A stretch of DNA of 64,000 nucleotides from an uncultured Actinomycetota bacterium (GTDB lineage: Bacteria > Actinomycetota > Actinomycetes > Mycobacteriales > CADCTP01). Made by a program: the position numbers and the translations under genes. The stretch lies in contig CAVXZF010000013.1 in assembly GCA_963766325.1 (NCBI GenBank), positions 71,653 through 135,652 of the forward strand, read 5' to 3'. Of this stretch, positions 45,539 to 54,300 are shown in pieces; position 1 is the stretch's first letter; the number at the start of each line of letters is the position of its first letter. The notes under the pieces are model-generated. The model made no database searches. It saw only the letters and a program-made list of their open reading frames with translations, and had not been told where the DNA came from.

Positions 45539-45740
45539 TCAGGTCGCGGTGGGCGGGTCGTGGGTGGCGGCGAACAGGGTGGTCCAGGCGTCGGTCCAGG
45601 GCCGGTGCGTCGGCAGGTGCAGGACCAGCCGACGGGCCCGGCGGGCGGTGCGGGCGGGAACGTGGACCAGTTGGCGGCGCAACGTCGCAGCGGTTGCGCG
45701 GGCGTGCCGGTAGGACCGCCGGCTTTCTGCGCTGACCTGG
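45539..45740 (-). pseudogene. transposase C-terminal remnant (possibly IS1380-like)
   Basis: My own translation gives ...ARTARRARRLVLHLPTHRPWTDAWTTLFAATHDPPTAT*. The LHLP..(W)PW...W..LF ending recalls IS1380-type transposase C-termini. The remnant is truncated upstream by the ABC permease gene. Confidence 0.4.
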
Positions 45741-45743
45741 CTC

Positions 45744-48293
45744 TTACTCGGTGACCACGGCCCGCAGTACGTTGAGCTTGGCGGCGCGGCGGCTGGGCAG
45801 GACCGCGGCGACCATGCCGGCCAGCGCGGCGAGCACCACCACCACGATCAGGCTGACGTACGGGATGCGGAAGACGTCGATCCCCTCGTCGGAGAGCGCG
45901 CTGACCAGCGCCCAGCCGAAGAGCAGGCCGATCAGCAGGCCGAGCACCGTTCCCTGCAGCGCGATGATGACCGACTCCCAGCGGATCGACGAGCGCAGCT
46001 GGGATCGGGTCATACCGACGGCGCGCAGCAGTCCCAGCTCACGGGTCCGCTCGAAGATGGACAGGGCCAGCGTGTTCGCGATGCCCAGCAGCGCGATGAG
46101 GATCGCCAGGCCCAGCAGCGCGTAGACCAGCCTGAGCAGCTGGTCGAGGAACCTGGTCTGCTCGGCCTTGAACTGGGCCCGGTCCAGCACCTTCACGCCA
46201 GGGTAGGCCTGCCCGGCCCCCTTCACGGCCGCCAGCGCCGCCTCCGGGCTGACGTTCGCAGCGCGCCTGACGAGCACCTTGCTGTCCAGCCGGTTGGTGA
46301 AATTGTCCTCGTACGCCTCGGTGCCGAGCAGGTAGTTGCCGGCCTGGCGATTCTCGGCGTAGATCATCGTGAGGCGCAGGCTGCGGGTGCCGGAGTCCTT
46401 GAACGCCACCGGCACCGGGTCGCCCAGCTTGAGGCCCTTCTGGTCCGCGACCTCCTTGTAGAGGCCGATGGAGTCGCGACCCAGCTCGGTGGGGAATCCC
46501 TCGATCGGTCCCACCTTCATCAGATCCACCGCCGTCTGCGGATCGGTGGCCTGCACGAGCACGGAGCTGCCCGCAACCTGGGCAACGCCCTGCCGTACGC
46601 CCGCCGCATAGGAGACCTCGGGCAGCCCGTCGAGGCGCTTGGCCAGCCCGGGATCCACGCCCCCGAAGAACCCGCCGCCGGAGTCCACCACCATGTCGCC
46701 GGCGAACGCCCGGTCGACGGCCGCGTCCATGGACGCCTTGGCCGAGGACACGAAGATCGTGATCAGCCCGACGACCCCCACGCCGATCATCAGCGCGGAG
46801 GCGCTGGCGGCGGTGCGCTTCGGGTTGCGCATGGCGTTCTCCCGGGCGAGAGATCCGGTGACTCCGCGCAGCCGTGGCAGCGGCGCGCCGAGGGCGCGGC
46901 TCAGCGGCAGGGAGATCGTCCGGCCCAGAATCGACACTCCGAAGAAGACCAGCAGGGCGCCGGCACCGACGATCGCGACCGGCTGCGCGACGTCCCGGAA
47001 CAGCCCCATCAGCAGCGCAACCAGACCGAGACCGAGGACGGCCGCGCCCACGAAGATCCGCTGCTTGGACCCGTAGCCGGTGCTGCCCAGGGCGCCTTCC
47101 TGCATGGCCGCGACCGGCATGACCTTCGCCGCCTTGCGCGCCGGTGACAGCGCGGCCAGGACCGTGACTCCGACGCCGACCGCGAAGGAGATGACCGCGG
47201 TCGCCGGCGTGAACACCAGGCTCGTGGTCGGGATGTCGAAGCCGACGGCCGCGAGCAGGGCCTTGAGGCCGAGGGCGATGCCGAAGCCGGCGATGATCCC
47301 CAGCACCGAGGCCAGGACGCCGACGGCGAACGCCTCGAGAAGAACGGACCCGAGGACCTGTCGCCGGCTGGCCCCGAGAGCGCGCAGCAGCCCGTTCTCC
47401 CGGGTGCGCTGCGCCACCGTGATCGAGAAGGTGTTGAAGATCATGAAGGCGCCCACCAGCAGCGCGATCACCGCGAAGATCAGCATGAAGGTGTTGAAGA
47501 ACTGGAACGCGTCCGCCATCTCGCCCTGCGTCTCGGCCGTGATCGCGGCGCCCGTGAGTGCCTCCGTACCGGTCGGGACGACCCCGGACAGCCGGCGCAC
47601 CAGCTCGGTCTGCGAGACCTCGGGGGCGGCGAGGACGGACACAGAGTCGTACTTCCCCGGCTCACCCATGAGCCGCTGCGCCACCGCACGCTTGAAGGCG
47701 ACGATCGTGGCGCCTCCCGGGCTGTCGGCGTCGCCGAACCGGGCGATGCCGGCGATCCGGACCCGCTCCGGCTTGCCGACCAGCACGGTCGTGGTGTCAC
47801 CCACGGTGAGGTCGCCGTCCCGCGCACTCTTGCGGTCGATGACGACGTCGTCGTCCCGGCTCGGGGCCGTGCCGGAGACGAGCGTGAACGTGTTGAGCTC
47901 CTGGTTCTCCGTCCAGCTCAGGCCGATCGCCGGCGCTCCCGACGCGGGATTGCCGATCGCCTGCCCGTCCTTGCCCAGCAGGCGGGCGTAGCCGCCGACG
48001 TCGCCTTCGGCCGCCGCCACGCCGTCGACCCGGCGCACGCTGTCGACCAGCGAGGCGTCCACCCGACCCCGCTGCACACCGGCTCCGGGCGGGCCCTCGA
48101 AGGCCGACTTGGCCCGGACCACGGCGTCGGTGCCCTGGTAGACGTCGGCGAACAGGGTGTTGAATGTCGACCGGATCGTGCTGGTGAGCACGAGCGTCCC
48201 GGCCATGAACGCGACACCCAAGGTGACCGCAAGTGCTGTGGCGACGAACCGGAACTTGTGCCCCAGCAGCCCCTTCCACACAGTGTGGAACAT
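45744..48293 (-). CDS. ABC transporter permease, MacB/FtsX type
   Basis: 849 aa. N-terminal TM (FRFVATALAVTLGVAFMAGTLVL), large extracytoplasmic domains and two FtsX-like helix bundles. Confidence 0.9.
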   Translation of the reverse strand: MFHTVWKGLLGHKFRFVATALAVTLGVAFMAGTLVLTSTIRSTFNTLFADVYQGTDAVVRAKSAFEGPPGAGVQRGRVDASLVDSVRRVDGVAAAEGDVGGYARLLGKDGQAIGNPASGAPAIGLSWTENQELNTFTLVSGTAPSRDDDVVIDRKSARDGDLTVGDTTTVLVGKPERVRIAGIARFGDADSPGGATIVAFKRAVAQRLMGEPGKYDSVSVLAAPEVSQTELVRRLSGVVPTGTEALTGAAITAETQGEMADAFQFFNTFMLIFAVIALLVGAFMIFNTFSITVAQRTRENGLLRALGASRRQVLGSVLLEAFAVGVLASVLGIIAGFGIALGLKALLAAVGFDIPTTSLVFTPATAVISFAVGVGVTVLAALSPARKAAKVMPVAAMQEGALGSTGYGSKQRIFVGAAVLGLGLVALLMGLFRDVAQPVAIVGAGALLVFFGVSILGRTISLPLSRALGAPLPRLRGVTGSLARENAMRNPKRTAASASALMIGVGVVGLITIFVSSAKASMDAAVDRAFAGDMVVDSGGGFFGGVDPGLAKRLDGLPEVSYAAGVRQGVAQVAGSSVLVQATDPQTAVDLMKVGPIEGFPTELGRDSIGLYKEVADQKGLKLGDPVPVAFKDSGTRSLRLTMIYAENRQAGNYLLGTEAYEDNFTNRLDSKVLVRRAANVSPEAALAAVKGAGQAYPGVKVLDRAQFKAEQTRFLDQLLRLVYALLGLAILIALLGIANTLALSIFERTRELGLLRAVGMTRSQLRSSIRWESVIIALQGTVLGLLIGLLFGWALVSALSDEGIDVFRIPYVSLIVVVVLAALAGMVAAVLPSRRAAKLNVLRAVVTE

Positions 48294-48299
48294 GGCCGG

Positions 48300-49064
48300 T
48301 CACTCCCCGAACCGCTTCATGCGCTCGAGGACGAGATCCGCCGTAGGATCCGCCATCTCATCGACGACGCGGCCGTCGGCCAGGAACACGATCCGATCCG
48401 AGTGACTGGCGGCCATCGGGTCATGCGTCACCATGACGATCGTCTGCCCCATCTCGTCGACGGCCCGCCGCATGAAGGTCAGCACCTCGGCGCCGGCTCG
48501 CGAGTCCAGGTTGCCGGTCGGCTCATCGCCGAAGATGAGCGCGGGCCGGGTGGCCAGCGCCCGGGCCACGGCGACCCGCTGCTGCTGACCGCCGGACAGC
48601 TCGGCCGGGCGGTGGTGGAGCCGATCGCGCAGCCCCATCGTCGTGACGACGCCGTCGATCCACCGCTGATCGCCCTTCCGCCCCGCCAGCCGGAGAGGCA
48701 ACGTGATGTTCTCGATGGCGCTGAGCGTCGGAATGAGGTTGTACGCCTGGAACACGAATCCGATGCGGTCACGGCGCAGGACAGTGAGATCGTGGTCGTT
48801 CAGCGTGCTGAGGTCCGACTCGCCGATGAACGCGCGCCCCGACGTCAGCGTGTCCAGGCCGGCGATGCAGTGCAGCAGCGTCGACTTCCCGGAGCCCGAC
48901 GGGCCCATGATGGCGGTGAACCGCCCGGCGGCGAAGTCGACCGTGACTCCGTCGAGAGCGCGCACTTCCGCCTGTCCCTTGCCGTAGACCTTGGTCGCCG
49001 CAACCGTCCGGGCGGCGACGGTGGGTCGCGCCCGCAGGCCGGCCTCCGTTATCACGGTTGACAT
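48300..49064 (-). CDS. ABC transporter ATP-binding protein
   Basis: ATG 49064 after GGAGG. Walker A GPSGSGKST, signature LSGGQQQRVAVARAL, Walker B IFGDEPTGNLD. Confidence 0.9.
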   Translation of the reverse strand: MSTVITEAGLRARPTVAARTVAATKVYGKGQAEVRALDGVTVDFAAGRFTAIMGPSGSGKSTLLHCIAGLDTLTSGRAFIGESDLSTLNDHDLTVLRRDRIGFVFQAYNLIPTLSAIENITLPLRLAGRKGDQRWIDGVVTTMGLRDRLHHRPAELSGGQQQRVAVARALATRPALIFGDEPTGNLDSRAGAEVLTFMRRAVDEMGQTIVMVTHDPMAASHSDRIVFLADGRVVDEMADPTADLVLERMKRFGE

Positions 49065-49182
49065 GGAAGAACCCCCTCCCCGTGGGACTCGCGTCAGCGT
49101 CGCGCAGCGGACTCGGTGCGGCCAGGGCCGTAAGTCCCCGCCCTCGAGGACTGCAAGGCGGCATGTCGGGCGCACCGGGGCA

Positions 49183-49221
49183 GATCCGATAGAGCCGCTC
49201 CGCGGCTGATCCGATAGAGCC
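49183..49221. repeat. 14-nt direct repeat GATCCGATAGAGCC x2 (25-nt period) at the RHS-fragment boundary
   Basis: Copies at 49183-49196 and 49208-49221. The second copy abuts the last RHS-derived codon (49222). Confidence 0.8.
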
Positions 49222-50095
49222 CCGCACCCCCATCAACACCATGCCCGACGGCGTCTCCGCCGACCGCTGCTTGGCGCCGAGCCACCCGTAGCGGGCCGCC
49301 GGACTGCCGGCCCGCGCGTTGCCGTACTCGTCCGCGGCGAGCACCGTCGGCACGATCGAGGTGTCCAGTGGAAGTTGCAGCGCGACGTCGCCGTGCAGGT
49401 TGGTCAGCTGGAGCAGCGTGCCGCCGGAAGCGGTGGTGGTTGCGGCGAGGTCGCCGGAGAGAGATTCGACGTTGCGGGTGACTGCGGCGGTCGCGGTGTT
49501 CTCCACCGTCCACTTCGGCTCGTCGCCCGCACCGTCGTAGTGGTTGAGCCGGGTCGCCGTCGTCACCCACGACCCGGAGGCGTTCGACTCGGTGGTCCAC
49601 CCCCGCGGCCGCATCGACGCATCCAGCGTCCAACTGGACCGCACCGTCCCGGCGGTCTGTTGCTGCACGAGATCGGTCGCGCAATACGCCGTGAGCAGCA
49701 CGCACAGCGGTGTAGGACCTGTGTCGCGGACGCCCATGAGGACCATGCCGGTCGGGTCTCCGCCGAGCGCTGCTTGGCGCCGAGCCAGCCGTAGCGGGCG
49801 GCCGGGCTTCCGGAACGGGGGTTGCCGTACTCGTCCGCGGCCAGCACCGTCGGCGCGACTGCGGTGTCCAGCGGGTGCAGGTGGTGTCGGTGGCGTCCAG
49901 GACGGTGGTCAGCCGGCCGGCCTTGTCGTAGGCGTAGTCCTGTTCGGACTGCTGGCCGGGGGTGCCGGTGTGGGCGAGCCACTGCCCGTGCACCGACTCG
50001 GCGACCGCGTCCCCGGCCACGATGGCGTCGCCGGAGTCGCCGGAGTCGCGGGTGTACGTCCGCGCGGTCGATCACCGGCGAGGTCGGGGTCTACC
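49222..50095 (-). pseudogene. two truncated RHS core fragments (paralogous to RHS3 residues around TAYYATDLVQQQ...GMTLMGVR)
   Basis: Fragment 1 (49746-49222): TAYCATDLVQQQTAG...NLHGDVALQLPLD...AADEYGNARAGSPAARYGWLGAKQRSAETPSGMVLMGVR. Fragment 2 (about 50095-49747): ...GDAVAESVHGQWLAHTGTPGQQSEQDYAYDKAGRLT..., an internal deletion and frame changes, then ...LDTAVAPTVLAADEYGNPRSG.... No C-terminal tail follows either fragment. Confidence 0.75.
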
Positions 50096-50662
50096 CCACC
50101 GCGGAGCGGAGATATCCCGGCCAGAGTGAGACACTACCCCGCTGCCTGAACCGCTTGGCGCTCCGCGAGTAAGTCTGCCTTCCGGCGCGCGGCCTGAGGA
50201 CCGCCGAGAACTGGCACTCAACAGGTAACTCATCAACGTGGCGCCGTGGCAAGTTGCCTTGCCGAGCGCCACTCACCCTCAGCAAGCCAAGGCCGCCAGA
50301 CGAGACGATCCGCAGCCGCAAGCACGGCGGCGATTTCTGCGCCCTCAGGCGGATTGTTGTTGACTGTCAGGCGGACTTTGTGGAACCAGCGACTTGAGCC
50401 TGGAGACTGCGAGGCTGCGACTCGGCGCGGCGACCACCACTCTGATCAGCTCTTCGCCGTGGCGCAGAGAATTGACTACACCGACAACACATACATCTTC
50501 CACCTGAGTCCCCCCGTCGGGGCTTCACCTCGCATGATGCACTCAACCCCCTATTTCGGGCTCCGCGGTGACCAACCGGGGTAGCCCCACCGCCGGAATG
50601 GGTGGCCGCTGCCGATCCGCCTGCCGCCGACTTCGGGGCGCCCCCGACCCCAGTCCTGACCG

Positions 50663-50689
50663 GCCCCGTCCGTACCGTACGGACGGGGC
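50663..50689 (-). terminator. perfect 12-bp stem / 3-nt loop hairpin following the tRNA fragment
   Basis: GCCCCGTCCGTA-CCG-TACGGACGGGGC. There is no U-tract. Confidence 0.4.
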
Positions 50690-50697
50690 ACACATGA

Positions 50698-50742
50698 TGG
50701 AGCCGCCTGTCGGAATCGAACCGACGACCTATTCATTACGAG
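50698..50742 (-). other. 3' tRNA fragment (anticodon loop to CCA; reads as tRNA-Thr CGU), att-like relic
   Basis: The reverse complement reads CTCGTAA-TGAAT-AGGTC-GTCGG-TTCGATT-CCGAC-AGGCGGC-T-CCA. The preceding bases (GGTGG) cannot pair as the 5' anticodon stem. No D-arm or 5' acceptor is present. Confidence 0.65.
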
Positions 50743-50960
50743 CCACCCGCCCCACGTACGCCACCGTCAGCGGATGTACGAAAGCCACTTGTCCCTGGCC
50801 CACCGCGGACCCTGGGGTACACCGGTTGACGACCAGCAACTGAGACCAGAAATGAGACCATCGACGTCGAGCGGCCGATACGCTTGCTAACTGGGGTGCG
50901 TCGGTAGCGCCGGGCAATTTGTGGCGAACCCACTGCAACGGGACCACGAAGGCGGGATGG

Positions 50961-51365
50961 TCAGTATGGCTCGCACTCGCTCTCGTCACCGCGACCCAAG
51001 CGCAAGTTCAAGTTCAAACCCCCGTACACAGTCACTCCTTCTTCAGCACTCTCCTCTCGTTCGGGAAGAACGATGCGGTAGCGCGCGCCTTTACCCTTGC
51101 CAATCCTTGCGATCCGACCTGCATAGATGGAGCCGACTATGCGCCCCAGCTGCACGAGGCTTTTTCGGTCCGGCCCTAATTCGATCCTGGCGTGCTCGCC
51201 GATGGACAGCACGATCTCGTGACTACTCCATGCAATCGAGAACCCACAAGCGTTCCGACGAAAAGGAACTACATTCACCCAGGACACTTGACTTGGATTC
51301 GAGTGCCACTGCAGCTCGGCCCTGGCTGCAAGCGGTTCAACGATTGCCCGTATCTCAGATTCCAT
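50961..51365 (-). CDS. candidate immunity protein for the RHS3 C-terminal tail
   Basis: ATG 51365 preceded by GGAGAGGAG, 27 nt after the RHS3 stop. 134 aa. Markedly lower GC than the flanking sequence. No family recognised. Confidence 0.5.
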   Translation of the reverse strand: MESEIRAIVEPLAARAELQWHSNPSQVSWVNVVPFRRNACGFSIAWSSHEIVLSIGEHARIELGPDRKSLVQLGRIVGSIYAGRIARIGKGKGARYRIVLPEREESAEEGVTVYGGLNLNLRLGRGDESECEPY

Positions 51366-51391
51366 TGATAGCTCCTCTCCCAGAAGTCGGG

Positions 51392-54300
51392 TCAACCTGC
51401 CCACGGCCCCCGAAAGATGTCGAACTTGCGCCCACTCCCGGTTCGCACTCGGAAGGTCCAGCGATGACGTTCTCCCACTCTCTTTACGCTCCAGCCTAGA
51501 CGCCAGCCCTTGTTCCCGCGCTGGTTGAACACACCGGGCTTTGCGCCCGGTCTCGCACCCGCATTACCGAACCAGCGGCTTTGCACTCCCCAGCGTCGGC
51601 TCTTGAAAAGTGATTGGCCCGCCCAGCTCCAGCTCCTTACGCTTTGTCGACCGACCCATCTTGCCGAGCTCTTAAGGTAGCGCCCCCCCGCCCGACCAGC
51701 TGAGCCACACCACCGCTTGCAGGCAGTGGAAGCTCCGCGGGCGATAAAGCCCCAGATTCGACCGTCAAGGTCCTGTTTGTTGACGGGGTCGGCACAGGTG
51801 TAGTCGTAGTCGTTGCAGGAGCCGCCGACGATAGGGTCGGTCTGGAGGAACCGGCCGGTGGCCGGGTTGTAGACCCGGACGCCCATGAGGGTCATGCCGG
51901 TGGGGGTCTCGGCGGAGCGTTGGTGGGCGCCGAGCCAGCTGTAGCGGGCAGACGGCGTGCCGGCGCGGGGGTTGCCGTACTCGTCGGTGGCCAGGACGGT
52001 CGCCGCGATCGCGGTGTCCAGCGGCAGTTGCAGGGTGACGTCGCCGTGCAGGTTGGTCAGCTGCAGCACCGTCTCACCCGCGGCTGCGGTCGTGGCGGCC
52101 AGGTCGCTGGACAGGGACTCGACGTTGCGGGTGATGGCGGCGGTGCCGGTGTTCTCTACCGTCCAGCGCGGTTCGTCGCTGGTGCCGTCGTAGTGGTTGA
52201 GCCGGGTCGCGGTCGCCGTCCAGGTGCCGGAGGTGTTGGACTCGGTGGTCCATCCGCGGGACCGCATGGCCGCGTCGAGGGTCCAGGTGGTGCGGGCTGT
52301 GCCGGCGGTCTGCTGCTGGACCAGGTCGGTGGCGTAGTAGGCGGTGACCACGGCGCCGGGTGAGGTGGTGGTGCGGCCGAAGGCGTCGTAGCCGTAGCCG
52401 GGGTCGGTGATCCGGTCGGCCGAGTCGTAGGTGTGGGTTGTGGTGGTGGCGCCGGTGGTGGGGCAGGTTGTCGCTCCGGGGGCGCTGGTGACGGTGGACT
52501 GGGTCAGCCGGTTGGAGCGGGCGTTGAAGCCGTAGGTGCGGCGGGTGCAGGTCACGTCCGTCCTGTCCTGCACGACGGTGAGCCGGCCGGTCTTGTCGTA
52601 GGCGTAGTCCTGTTCGGATTGCTGGCCGGGGGTGCCGGTGTGGGCCAGCCATTGCCCGTGCACGGATTCGGTGACGGCGTCGCCGGTGATGACGGCGCTG
52701 TCGGAGTCGCGGGTGTAGGTGCGGGCGGTGGGTGAGCCGGTGGGGTCCTCGGTCTGGGTGAGGGTGTAGCCGCCGGGCAGCTTCTCGGCGGCGAGCGTGC
52801 CGTCGGGGTTGTAGGTGGCGTGGAAGGAGCCGGCGACCGAGTCGGTCATCGCGGTGGCCAGCCCTCGGGGTTCGAGCGCGGTGTCGTAGGTGTAGGTGGT
52901 GGACGACGGGACCGTGTCGGACACGGTGGTGGGCCGGTCCAGCGCGTCGTAGGAGGTGGTGGTCGTCGCGCCGTCGGCGTCGGTGTAGATACGGGTCCGG
53001 CCGAGAACGTCGTAGCCGGTGGTGATCGTTCCGCCGGTCGAGGAGGTGACGGTGGTGGCCAGGCCGGTGGCCGGGTCGTAGCCGGTGGTGACGACCGGCA
53101 CGGCGGTGCCGACCCCGCCGGTCACGGTGACCGAGGTGGGCCGGTCGGCGGGGTCGTAGCCGGTGGTGGTGGTGCGGGTGACGCCGTTGGCGGTCTCGGT
53201 GACGACGGTGGCGGCGCCGTAGCGGCCGTACTCGGTGGTGGTGGTGACCGCCTGGGTCGGGTTCGACCCGCCGCCGGTGATCGCGCCGGCTGGGGCGGTC
53301 TGGCAGACCTGGTCGGCCCATTCCGGCCGGCCACCGCACGGAGCTGCGCCGGTCGCGGTGTAGTAGGTGGTGATCACAGCGGCGGCGTCGGCGCCGGTCG
53401 ACCCCGGCGGAATGGTCTTGCTGACCCGGCCCTGGTCGTCGTACTGCGTGGCGTTGGTGATCGCCAGCCCGCCGGGGTCCTGCACGGTCGAGGTGACCAC
53501 GCCCTTGACCCAGTCGTACGCCGTCGTGGTCGCCCGCGGATCGGCGAACAGGTCCGGCCGCGACCGCAGCTGCGCTCCCACGGTGGCCTTGGTGACCTGG
53601 TCGCGGACCGTGGCGGTGCCGTCGGTCGGACGGCCAGTGTCGTACTCGTTCACCGTCCGGGCCCGGGCGACCACCCGGGACCCAGCCGCGGCGACGGTGG
53701 TCGCCCCGTCGACCAGGGCCGCTTCGAGGGTGATCTCGTGCGCCGGGGCGAGCTGTTCCAGCTCGCGGGTGCCGGTGTCGTTGTAGATCGACCGGGTCGA
53801 CAGCTGCTCGGCCCGCTCCGCCGCCGGTAGACCGCCGATGCCCAGCGCGGCCAGCTCGGCGCTGTCCGCCGGTGTCGCGCCCAGCGCGAGGGCGCGGTTG
53901 GCCGCGGACAGCTCGCGGACGGTGTTGCCGAACTTGTCGTACTCGGTGGTGACGATGTTCCCGGCCGGGTCGGCGGTGTTCACCGTCAGCCCGGACACGT
54001 TCAGATAGGACAGTGACGCCCGCCCGTACGAGCCGGCGCCGAGGCCGCTGCCGGTGTGCGAGGCCGGGACGGCGTCGGCCGGGAACACCGCGGTGGCGTC
54101 GGTGGGCAGGTCGGTCTGCCCCCAGCCGGCGACCACACCCGCGTCGAGTTGATGCGGCGCCGCGGAACCGGACAGCGGCACGCTGTAGACCAGCGAGGTC
54201 GTGGCGGTGCCGTTGGTCTCGGTCACGCTGCCCGGGGTCAGCGTCGGCCGGGACACCGACAGCAGCATCCCGTCATCCACGGTCGCCGGGTCCCCGGCCG

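Noticed and set aside
50440-50510. RelE/ParE-like toxin remnant (..QRIDYTDNTYIFHL..)
   Set aside because: Only about 14 residues loosely fit the family's C-terminal pattern. No antitoxin partner or intact ORF is present. It is mentioned only within the low-GC finding.
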